A DNA stretch of 64,000 nucleotides from a virus: positions 1-64,000 of the IMG/VR virus record IMGVR_UViG_3300025030_000074; one strand, given 5' to 3'. Position numbers and translations under genes: made by a program. Of the stretch, positions 21,653 to 30,263 are shown piece by piece. Position 1 is the first letter of the stretch, and each line of letters opens with the position of its first letter. The notes under the pieces were generated by a model. That model searched no databases. It saw only the letters and a program-made list of their open reading frames with translations, and had not been told where the DNA came from.

Positions 21653-22533
21653 TAATCTAAAACTAATTTAAGTTGTTCCTTATATGGTTTAATTCTCTCT
21701 TCTGCAAGTTTTACATATTTATCCGATATCTCACTTCCAATATAAAACCTGTTGTTTAAAATACACATCTTTGCTACAGTTCCGCTTCCCATAAAGCAAT
21801 CGTAGACTAAATCTCCTTTAACCGTCCAGCTGATAAGATGGTCTTGTACTAATTTTTCAGGAAATATTGCAGGATGCTCAAATGCTATATTATCCTTAGT
21901 TGAAAAATTTTTTCCTGTATTATATCTCCAAATATTGTTCCTGGGTGAATATTTTGGAACAGGTTTCATATCTCTCTCTATTAACTTGCCTTCTTTAGTC
22001 CTTATTTTCGATTTACCGAACGATGTGTATCCTGCCCATCTATTCTCCTTGTCACATCTCAAAGTAGCGGTCTTGGGCTTACCTTTGCTGAAAACAAACA
22101 TATATTCAAATATTTGAGAATATCTGTTTCCATCTCTCCTTGCAGGAAAAGAAGTTCCGTTCTTCTCATATATCATAGTATCATGAATACGAAATCCTAC
22201 TTCCTGGAAATATAAAGCCTGTCTAAAACTTATTCCACTCTCTCCTCCATCTATAACAGAATCTCCTACTACCCATACTATTACACCTCCAGGTTTAGTA
22301 ACTCTATAAAGTGATTCTGCTATGTTCTCAAAATTAAACTGATAACCTTCATATGATCTAAGATCTGAATAGGGAGGAGAAGTGATTGTTAAATCTATCA
22401 ACTCCTCCGGCATATCACACATAGTTCTTAAACAATCCTCATTCTTTATAGTGTTCTTGTTTTCAGATTTCCATGCCCCTACGTAATCAACCTTCTCTAA
22501 AATCTCCGTCTTTTTTTCTATATACTCATTCAT
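21652..22533 (-). CDS. DNA amino-methyltransferase (beta class, SPPY; probably N4-C)
   Basis: TSPPY, HPAIFP, DCFMGSGT. Confidence 0.9.
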   Translation of the reverse strand: MNEYIEKKTEILEKVDYVGAWKSENKNTIKNEDCLRTMCDMPEELIDLTITSPPYSDLRSYEGYQFNFENIAESLYRVTKPGGVIVWVVGDSVIDGGESGISFRQALYFQEVGFRIHDTMIYEKNGTSFPARRDGNRYSQIFEYMFVFSKGKPKTATLRCDKENRWAGYTSFGKSKIRTKEGKLIERDMKPVPKYSPRNNIWRYNTGKNFSTKDNIAFEHPAIFPEKLVQDHLISWTVKGDLVYDCFMGSGTVAKMCILNNRFYIGSEISDKYVKLAEERIKPYKEQLKLVLD

Positions 22534-22842
22534 CTATTTAAATTGATGTTCCGTGATTACAGAAGGTACTTTATCATATCCACAAATAGGACAACTAATA
22601 AAGTTATTAAAATCCTTCTCAGCATCTTTCTTTGTAAGATACCCCTGCATTGAAGTAGATAAATCTACTACCTTAGTCCAACCACATCTCATAGGCTCCG
22701 AAGTTCCTTGTAAAGAATGATAATCCTTTGATACATAAGGATTATAGAACTCTCCTGTATCCCCTCTCTCTACTAACCAAAGATATCCTCCATCACAGTA
22801 AATATCAACTAACCTTTTATAATACTCTTTATCTTTTTTCAT
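22534..22842 (-). CDS. hypothetical protein
   Basis: 102 aa with CPIC; abuts the MTase gene. Confidence 0.6.
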   Translation of the reverse strand: MKKDKEYYKRLVDIYCDGGYLWLVERGDTGEFYNPYVSKDYHSLQGTSEPMRCGWTKVVDLSTSMQGYLTKKDAEKDFNNFISCPICGYDKVPSVITEHQFK

Positions 22843-22847
22843 AATAG

Positions 22848-23003
22848 CTGGCAGAGGAAGATTTGAACTTCCAAGAGGAGCTTATAAAAAAGGCATGCCT
22901 TAAGGGGCAATACAAGTTCATGTCTGAAGTGTAAGTACCTTTTCCTTCGCTGATTCCCCGCCTAATAGACAGTTAGGTGCGTCTTCCTTTTCGCCATCTG
23001 CCA
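22848..23003 (-). tRNA. atypical tRNA, GUC (Asp) anticodon, 88-nt variable region
   Basis: Acceptor UGGCAGA/UCUGCCA with G73. D arm GCG-AAAAGGAAGA-CGC. Anticodon arm CCUAA-CUGUCUA-UUAGG. T arm GGAAG-UUCAAAU-CUUCC. No encoded CCA. Confidence 0.8.
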
Positions 23004-23008
23004 GTATT

Positions 23009-23380
23009 TTATATGTTTTTTACTCCTAACATATTATCATAAAAAGCTTTAAAAGTTTCTAAATTGCAAAGATTTAGATGTATATACTCTTCTGCCCTTT
23101 CAACAACTTTATAATATAAATAGTTGGTACTCGCATGTTTATACTTCTTTAAATATAGAATGTCTGATAAAAAAGTAAATTCATATACGGTAATATACTT
23201 ATCCTTTTTAAAAAAAACATTGCTTTCTAAGTTAGAAGTAAATCCCTCTTTAAGCAAAAATTCTATAATGTCTTTCCTATATTTATGATCTTTAAGTCTC
23301 TTTTCATAATTTAAGCACTCTTTCTCAGTTATAAAACTCATATCTCCACTCTTAAAGACATTTTGTAGTGATGTTTCCAT
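23009..23380 (-). CDS. hypothetical protein
   Basis: 123-aa ORF directly after a promoter motif. Confidence 0.6.
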   Translation of the reverse strand: METSLQNVFKSGDMSFITEKECLNYEKRLKDHKYRKDIIEFLLKEGFTSNLESNVFFKKDKYITVYEFTFLSDILYLKKYKHASTNYLYYKVVERAEEYIHLNLCNLETFKAFYDNMLGVKNI

Positions 23381-23383
23381 TTT

Positions 23384-23430
23384 GCAAAGATACGTAAAAT
23401 AATTGACATATCCTAATTTTTTTGAATAAT
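23384..23430 (-). promoter_or_regulatory. Bacteroidota sigma70-type promoter (TTAGG ... TATCTTTG)
   Basis: TAnnTTTG box at 23392-23385, with an upstream TTAGG and an AT-rich element. Confidence 0.7.
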
Positions 23431-23444
23431 AATGAAAAAAATCT

Positions 23445-23645
23445 TTAGTTTTCTTCTACAAATTCATCTTCCTCTCCTCTTTCCAAGTCCTCTAAATAGA
23501 GTTCCTCAGCATGATCCAAATTTCTTATATCACTTCCATCAAGATGTGCGTTTATCAACTCTTCCATATCCTTTTTATCTTGTTCACTTATTCCCTCCAA
23601 CTCTTCAATTTTTGGAATTTCCGTTCTATTAATAACTTTTATCAT
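23445..23645 (-). CDS. acidic hypothetical protein
   Basis: 66 aa with an ATGA overlap to the upstream gene. Confidence 0.5.
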   Translation of the reverse strand: MIKVINRTEIPKIEELEGISEQDKKDMEELINAHLDGSDIRNLDHAEELYLEDLERGEEDEFVEEN

Positions 23646-23944
23646 AAATAATTCTTATTAGGCACCCAACTACTCATCTGATAATCCTTGAGTATCTTGG
23701 GAATACATTCTTTAATATACCACTTTCTTATGTTACTTAAAGCCTTCTCTTGAGCATCGTTCTTGACATTCAAAAGAGGCATCCTCGTTATCCTCATCAA
23801 TACATCCATCACAGCATTCTTTCTCTCCTCTAAAATAAACTCTTTTATCACCCAAAGCCTTTCTACCTCATTATTCTTAGGATCAAAATATAACTCGTCA
23901 AACCTATTTTCCCAAGGATCATTGTTTTTTCTTAATTCTTCCAT
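23642..23944 (-). CDS. hypothetical protein
   Basis: 100 aa in the operon. Confidence 0.55.
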   Translation of the reverse strand: MEELRKNNDPWENRFDELYFDPKNNEVERLWVIKEFILEERKNAVMDVLMRITRMPLLNVKNDAQEKALSNIRKWYIKECIPKILKDYQMSSWVPNKNYL

Positions 23945-24311
23945 TTATTCGTATTGGGTTAAATATGTTTGTTAATCTCCTTTTTACATCCATCTCCTTT
24001 AAAATCTCACCTTCGTTGAACCTAAATACCTTATACCCTCCAAACCTTAACCTCTCCTCCTTATGTTCATCGAAAAGTCCAATATTTATTACTATCTTCT
24101 TCTTTGGAAAGTAAAAATCAACTTTTATATCTGCACTGTTTGCCTCAGCATTCAATTTACCATTAATACTTCTCGCTTTATAGTAAACTCTTTGATTTAC
24201 ACAAGGTATCCTAACCTCAATAAGATATTCCGGACTACCCACTTCCTTAAACCATCTTACCATCAAAGAACAAAAAATAGATTTACCCCTCTTTATTTCC
24301 TCTACTTCCAT
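23919..24311 (-). CDS. Vsr/DUF559-like restriction-fold protein, possibly degenerate
   Basis: VDFYFPKKKIVINI...H...LRFGGYKVFRF. Confidence 0.6.
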   Translation of the reverse strand: MEVEEIKRGKSIFCSLMVRWFKEVGSPEYLIEVRIPCVNQRVYYKARSINGKLNAEANSADIKVDFYFPKKKIVINIGLFDEHKEERLRFGGYKVFRFNEGEILKEMDVKRRLTNIFNPIRINGRIKKKQ

Positions 24312-24669
24312 AGTTGATATAACTCGAACATTGCTGGACTATTATTCCTTATTACCTTACAATTTACAATATTTAACTTTTAAGCATAGTTAGGTTTAAA
24401 CTGGAAAATTTTTTGTTTTCCTGGATAATTGCCCCTAGCTTAACTTTAGTCCCCTACCCTATTTTCGTTACGGTTTAAGATATTTTACCTCTTTCCCAAG
24501 GTCTCAATCTTTTTATTCTACAAAGCGGTTTTGCCTTCTACCCAAATACGGTACGCTTCTTAACGATTATTCAAGTAAACTCTTCGTTTATTATAGTTGA
24601 ACTCTTACTAAACCCCCCGTTACCAAGGTAAAAAATAAGAGCTGAAGATGTCTTTGAAACTAAATCGAT

Positions 24670-24720
24670 GCAAATATACGTAAAAGAAATGACATCTCCA
24701 AATAAAAACGATAATATTTT
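24670..24720 (-). promoter_or_regulatory. Bacteroidota sigma70-type promoter (TTTGG ... TATATTTG) heading the minus-strand block
   Basis: TAnnTTTG at 24678-24671 and TTTG at about 24702-24699. Confidence 0.75.
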
Positions 24721-25054
24721 ACATTATAGTTGCATTTTGTTAGTCAAACCCTTACTGGGCGCAGGTTTGAGAAGGAAAAATAATTTTGCTTTTAAGTAAT
24801 TTCTGTCATATAAAGCCAAAATAGTGGCCCAAGTAGGGGGTAAAAAAAATTTTTTTGGGCAACGGAATTTGACTATCATAGAAAGAATACGTTCCCGGAT
24901 AATGCAAAATTTTAAAATTTTTTTGGAATTTTTAAAAGAAGGTACGTGTTTGGGGACGTCCCATCTCCCCAACTCCCGCTAACATTGGGAGGGAAACCTA
25001 CCCGGCCGCTCTTATGAGAGCAAAATGTGCTGGTAGATAAGGTTTTTCTTCACT

Positions 25055-25118
25055 CCCACGATTTGGAACGGTACGAAATAATAGTACTGGACGGTTCGAA
25101 TCACGTCTCGTGGGACCA
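25055..25118 (+). ncRNA. D-armless tRNA-like RNA ending in ACCA
   Basis: 7-bp stem CCCACGA/UCGUGGG, then A and CCA. T arm GACGG-UUCGAAU-C(A)CGUC. Stem GGUAC/GUACU with a 9-nt loop. Confidence 0.7.
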
Positions 25119-25261
25119 GTCCCCAGTAGCCACGAAACTACTCACTTTGTAGTGGAGCTGCCATGAAGGGAATACGACAGTTGCAAGAACTCCAACTATG
25201 CGAAACGCTAAACAACGAAGTTCCAAGCTACTTAACACCAAATACCAAATACCAAAATACA

Positions 25262-25618
25262 ATGACTGGACAAATCTTTCTCAAAAGCGTTGAAAGACGT
25301 GAAAGAGCAGAAGGTGAAGACTTCGCAATATGCAGATTCGCTACTCTTAAAGGCGGTGCCAACAGGATTAGCAATGAACCTGACGTTGCAGAAGCATTGG
25401 AAGGTACATGGGTAGAAGGCGAAATCATACGTGCTGACGTAAAGCCGTACAAAAATGATTTTGAGGACGGCAAGGGTGAACAAACCCTGAAAGTTCGTAA
25501 TGTAGTTGTGTACAAAGGGGAAACTCTTGAAGCCGCAACTATCGCTTCTGGCCATGAGTTAGCACGTAAACCAAAAGCTGTTTTAGCTGAGGCAGGTGCT
25601 GATGCCGACCAAGAGTAA
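25262..25618 (+). CDS. first early protein (true start probably ATG 25262, not 25163)
   Basis: An A-rich ...ACCAAAATACAATG leader precedes 25262; GC content is higher than the neighbours; a terminator follows. Confidence 0.65.
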   Translation: MTGQIFLKSVERRERAEGEDFAICRFATLKGGANRISNEPDVAEALEGTWVEGEIIRADVKPYKNDFEDGKGEQTLKVRNVVVYKGETLEAATIASGHELARKPKAVLAEAGADADQE

Positions 25619-25629
25619 AGTAACCGATT

Positions 25630-25667
25630 AGAGAGCTGCGAAGCACAGTAACAGCTCTCTTTTCTTT
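25630..25667 (+). terminator. Rho-independent terminator
   Basis: Stem AGAGAGCTG/CAGCTCTCT followed by TTTCTTT. Confidence 0.7.
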
Positions 25668-26108
25668 ATATTGAACCAAATACCTAATGACCAATTCCAT
25701 TGTTTTTAGACTTTATATAGATTTGAATATTGAAAAAACTAGAATTGGAGTAGTCTCTTGTTAGTCGTAGCCCCTTGCCCCAATTCGTTACGTTCTGAAG
25801 GTGTTCTGGATTCTGCCCTTTCTCTTTTTATATTTGACTAAAGATATGAAAAGGAAGTACCAACAAACAAGAATAGTAACAACAACAAAAGAACAACTAA
25901 TAAGAGTAGAATAGCGTTTTGGAAGATAAATCCTACGACTAAGAAAATAGTACTCCAAAACTTGTTTTTTTGCGAATTTTTTAACCTAATACCTAAATAC
26001 TATGTACACATTAATCGCAGCTTTCTTATTTATTAGCGCTCTAATAGTTACTTGTTACTTATTACTCAAAAAATATGACGAGGATTTCTAACCCAATACC
26101 TAAATACT

Positions 26109-26351
26109 ATGATAACACCCTTTCGAGACAAAATAGTTGAAGTGCTTGGACAGCGTCTAAACTACTGTTGGAACTCGGTTAATGACACCACAAAAGCATT
26201 AATAGCGGATGAATTAGTAAAAATTATTACATCTGATCCACCTGTTATCGGTTCATTGCCGCACATTCATAAAGCAGGAAAGGATGAAAATATTGATACC
26301 TGTGGAATATGCGGACACGATATTAGACACGAAATACATGTGCGATTATGA
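26109..26351 (+). CDS. hypothetical early protein (C-terminal CxxC)
   Basis: Preceded by the repeated leader motif. Confidence 0.6.
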   Translation: MITPFRDKIVEVLGQRLNYCWNSVNDTTKALIADELVKIITSDPPVIGSLPHIHKAGKDENIDTCGICGHDIRHEIHVRL

Positions 26352-26532
26352 CAAAGGAATTATCTGTTCCCTATATTTGACTAAAAATAATTACTAACCT
26401 AATACCTAACTATATGGATCCTAATTTGTTTAATATCATTTTAGACTTACTATTTATGGCTTTTGTTATTACAGCAGCCTACATTATACGTGAAAAATAT
26501 TGCAAAGATAAATAACCTAATACCTAACAACT

Positions 26533-26829
26533 ATGACTAAAAACGAATACTTACTTACTTTACTTGCAGAAGAATGTGCCGAATTATCACAGACCGCTTC
26601 TAAAGCACTAAGATTTACTACCAAAAAAATAGGACCTGGTCAGAAACTTAATAATGAACAAAGAATAGCTCAGGAATTCTTTGACCTAATAGCTATTGTA
26701 GAATTACTACAGGAAAATGAGGTCATAGATTATTTCAAAGTTGATGAACAAAGTATTGAGAACAAAAAGAATAAAGTTGCAAAATATATGAAGTATTCAA
26801 CCAAAATAGGAGTAATTAAAGAAACCTAA
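26533..26829 (+). CDS. MazG-like NTP pyrophosphohydrolase
   Basis: LAEECAELSQ..SKALRF...QEFFDL. Confidence 0.75.
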   Translation: MTKNEYLLTLLAEECAELSQTASKALRFTTKKIGPGQKLNNEQRIAQEFFDLIAIVELLQENEVIDYFKVDEQSIENKKNKVAKYMKYSTKIGVIKET

Positions 26830-27092
26830 AAAGTAATAACCTAACATGTGGAAAGGCACAAAAGAGTAGGTAAAGCGCATTTCCAAACTACTGAAAGGCA
26901 CGGGAGAGTAGGGAAATAATGTTGTTGATGAGAACCAAAAGTGAGGAAAGGTAAGTGGGAGTAGGTCTATCACCTTCCTAATATTACCTGAAAAACCATA
27001 AAAACCCACCATTATTTCACTCTGATTAGTTTTTTTATACCTTTGAGTACAACTGTCTTTAATTAACCAATTACTAACTTAAAACCAAAACA

Positions 27093-27689
27093 ATGAAAAA
27101 CCCAATAAAGGTAAAAACCACAAAGATATACAAGAATAGTCAAGAACGACATACTGTATGTAAAGGAAAATTGGTATTAGTAGTAGTTAATGAACCTACG
27201 TTATTGCATATTGAAGCAGATGGATTGTTAATGTTTTATGATAATCCTTGTATTTATAGTAACTCAAAAAATATTAGTCCAATAATCATCTCCAAAACAG
27301 AAGAAATTGAAATTGGAGATAATTATTTGGATAGGCTTAATACCATACAAATCTGCAGTAGTAAAAAAGAAAATATTTTATATCCTGGAGTAGCTAACAG
27401 CATAGGATCCAAAAAAGGAATAGGATTCAATAAATTTTCACTTCAAGTATATCATAAAGACTTTTTAAAGCTTTCCGATTGTTTTAAAATCCTTGCTCTA
27501 CCAGAAAACTTCTCTTCCAAAACATTGAAAGATATTGTAGATGGAAAACTGAAAGATGGAGACGATGTGTTTGTTGAGGTATGTAAAGGGATGAATTATT
27601 CTTATCCTAATCTAATTACGGGAATTAAAATTGATAAAAATAATCACATCAAACTATTTCCGCTTTCTATTCCTGATGACAATCATTAA
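27093..27689 (+). CDS. hypothetical early protein
   Basis: 198 aa with the leader motif upstream. Confidence 0.65.
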   Translation: MKNPIKVKTTKIYKNSQERHTVCKGKLVLVVVNEPTLLHIEADGLLMFYDNPCIYSNSKNISPIIISKTEEIEIGDNYLDRLNTIQICSSKKENILYPGVANSIGSKKGIGFNKFSLQVYHKDFLKLSDCFKILALPENFSSKTLKDIVDGKLKDGDDVFVEVCKGMNYSYPNLITGIKIDKNNHIKLFPLSIPDDNH

Positions 27690-27787
27690 AAACAGAATTT
27701 TCTCTAACTTTTACTAAAACAACATATTTTATTATTGAACACAATTATCTACGAATACTGAATTACTAACTTAAAACCATAAAAACC

Positions 27788-28144
27788 ATGAAAATAAACG
27801 GAAAAAACCCAGATACTACTTTTACCAGTTATAAAGAAATAGCTGTAAGATATTCTAGAGGTTTGTTCGGGTTAGGTAAATTAAAGGCTTCAGTAGTTGA
27901 TAATTATAAACTTGAAATAGATATAGACAACAATACGGCAACTATTATTAAGGGAGACGCCACTGATTATGGCGCAAGCGCCTATTCTATGTTTCAAGAT
28001 GACTTTGATGATGTATATGAGTATGACTTAACTAACGAGAAAGATTTAGAAAAATTAACTCAATTCATAATTACAATTTTTGGTATTAACTCCAAAGAAT
28101 ATTTATATGTAATAACAAATACAAAAGCAAAATTACTAACTTAA
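27788..28144 (+). CDS. hypothetical early protein
   Basis: 118 aa flanked by leader motifs. Confidence 0.65.
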   Translation: MKINGKNPDTTFTSYKEIAVRYSRGLFGLGKLKASVVDNYKLEIDIDNNTATIIKGDATDYGASAYSMFQDDFDDVYEYDLTNEKDLEKLTQFIITIFGINSKEYLYVITNTKAKLLT

Positions 28145-28273
28145 AATCTATAAAGCCATGGGAAAAATTGCAGATTCAATAATTAGATGAAAAATCTTAT
28201 TTCATCACTAAACGATAAAGATAATTTAACAGAACAAACTACCGAAAATGAAAGCGGGTATCGTATATCCCTT

Positions 28274-28462
28274 ATTATAGGAAGTTTTTTGGGGGCATCA
28301 GAGACACAGCCGAAAGTAGGTGCTGTGTGCTATCGGTTGCAAACGGTAGCAACTTGCCAAAGGGCACAACATATCACAGCAGAAGCAAACCACCGCAAGG
28401 TGTTGGGTGAAAGTCCACTGTTGTTAAGGGTTGAGGGCTGCCCCCAAAAAATTTACTATAAG
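28274..28462 (+). ncRNA. multibranched structured RNA candidate
   Basis: 16-bp closing stem and five or more internal helices, several with GNRA loops; a GC-rich island. Confidence 0.7.
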
Positions 28463-28549
28463 AGGTTTTCTATTGAAGAGAAATCTTCTATGAAGTAAAA
28501 AGGTTTCACCAGCAGGTTTATTTCTTAACTTTAACTAAATTAACTAACT

Positions 28550-28930
28550 ATGGGAACACTAATAACAATAACCGAAAACCTGGCTAGGACAGAGAAGTTA
28601 TACTTCGTGAAAAAGATAATGACAATTGCTAGTTTAGTAAATGCTCCTCATCACAAAGAAGTTGAACTCTTTGACCGTCTATGGGATATAGATAATATAG
28701 AACAACTTAAAAAAACTTTGACCCTTTTCGAAAAGAACGTTTCTAATATGGAAACTGATAGAAAAGAAAAAGTTCAGCTTAAGATGGAAAATCATCTCCG
28801 TAACTTACAAGCTAAAATACTCAATCTTAAAAGATGGAACGAAGATGTGGTTATGACAGAGATTTATGAAACTGAAAAGAACATGTTGTTAGAAGATTTG
28901 AGAAAAATAACAGGTAAATACTACTATTAA
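28550..28930 (+). CDS. hypothetical early protein
   Basis: 126-aa ORF. Confidence 0.6.
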   Translation: MGTLITITENLARTEKLYFVKKIMTIASLVNAPHHKEVELFDRLWDIDNIEQLKKTLTLFEKNVSNMETDRKEKVQLKMENHLRNLQAKILNLKRWNEDVVMTEIYETEKNMLLEDLRKITGKYYY

Positions 28931-28931
28931 A

Positions 28932-29213
28932 ATGAAAACAGCAGAAAAAATATTAACAAAATATATTGGAGTTGATGATCCTAGTACATATTCAAAAGGA
29001 GATATTTTACTAGCCATGGAAGAATATGCTATAGAATATCATCGGTTAAAACTATGTGAAAATACAGAGAATTACACGGAAAAAGACCTGAAATATGCAT
29101 ACAACACGGGAACAAGAAATGGAATAATGCAAGAAGCTGGATTAGAAGCTGATTATGGTTTCCAAATGTATCTTCAACATCTTAAACAAGACAAAATAAC
29201 CAATAAACCATAA
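28932..29213 (+). CDS. hypothetical early protein (AMEEYA motif)
   Basis: 93-aa ORF. Confidence 0.6.
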   Translation: MKTAEKILTKYIGVDDPSTYSKGDILLAMEEYAIEYHRLKLCENTENYTEKDLKYAYNTGTRNGIMQEAGLEADYGFQMYLQHLKQDKITNKP

Positions 29214-29217
29214 CAAA

Positions 29218-29910
29218 ATGACAAAAACTCATAAAGCAATCAAAATAGATGATAACAAATATGTTATCGTTGATGAAGAATCAGAAATAAAAGAAAACCA
29301 ATTAGGTATATTTAATCATCCTGAGCATGGCAATATAATTGGATTATGGTTAGGTAATGGATTTGATTATTCGTTGAATAGTTATGCGGAAAATACATTT
29401 AATTTTATTCATACTAATCCAATTCCTAAAAAGGGTTTGATAATAGCCACTATAAATCATCCATTAAAAGGAATACCTGAAATAGTTATTAAGAATGAAG
29501 TTAATTTATTCAAACTTCTTGAGAATATTGAATCTACTATTCATAAACAATTTGGATTCACATTACTTATTCAACTTCAATTTGAAAGATTGTATAAATA
29601 TCAATTAGCACAAAAAAAGTATCAGTTTACAGAAGAAGATTTAAGGAAATCCTTTAAAGCTGGATTTGAAAGAGGATATGAAGCATCACCAATAGAACCT
29701 GATAAATATAAAAGTCCAAATATTGATGATTATTTAGAATTCCTTAAACAACCTAAAGAAATTGAAACTGTTGAGTTGGAATATGAAGAGTTAGGTGGAG
29801 ATAATAAAACTAACAGTTTTGGTAAAAAACAGATTTACTATCAACAACTAAAAATTTATGACAAAGAAAAAAATCAAATTATACCAGTTAAAATTAACTA
29901 TAAAACCTAA
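29218..29910 (+). CDS. hypothetical early protein
   Basis: 230 aa, with IIAT and FTEEDLRKSFKAG motifs. Confidence 0.65.
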   Translation: MTKTHKAIKIDDNKYVIVDEESEIKENQLGIFNHPEHGNIIGLWLGNGFDYSLNSYAENTFNFIHTNPIPKKGLIIATINHPLKGIPEIVIKNEVNLFKLLENIESTIHKQFGFTLLIQLQFERLYKYQLAQKKYQFTEEDLRKSFKAGFERGYEASPIEPDKYKSPNIDDYLEFLKQPKEIETVELEYEELGGDNKTNSFGKKQIYYQQLKIYDKEKNQIIPVKINYKT

Positions 29911-30263
29911 AATAAAATGAAAACAGCAGAAAAAATATTAACAAAATATATATGAAAAAATGAAAAAAAACTGCGAATTTTGCGGAAAAATAGTAGAAGA
30001 CAGCGATTCTGATAGTTCTAATAAGGTCTTCTGTTCCAGTAAATGTGAGATAGAAGCTGAAAAAACTTTCTCTTTTGTTGAAGAAGATGATGATACTTTT
30101 CTATTTATATGACCCTATTAGAATTACTATTCCCCAAAGCAGCAAAGGCTGCAAGAGAAAAAGCCTTCAAAGCTGGTCATCTTGTTCCTATCTCTCATAA
30201 AGGAAAACTATACTTTGTTAAATCAGAAAAGGAATTTATTAAAATAATTAAAACATAAAACTT

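Noticed and set aside
25119-25200. Theta/HDV-like or hammerhead ribozyme after the tRNA-like RNA
   Set aside because: I could not build the nested double pseudoknot or find a CUGAnGA/GAAA core.
28315-28335. ncRNA segment GUGUGCUA complementary to the micro-insert region UAGCGCAC (57124-57131)
   Set aside because: Only 8 bp including a G.U pair, and it is sequestered in predicted stems; expected by chance.
28187-28498. 103-aa ORF
   Set aside because: It runs through a GC-rich, heavily base-paired segment with atypical composition, so it is better explained as RNA structure. Not fully excluded.
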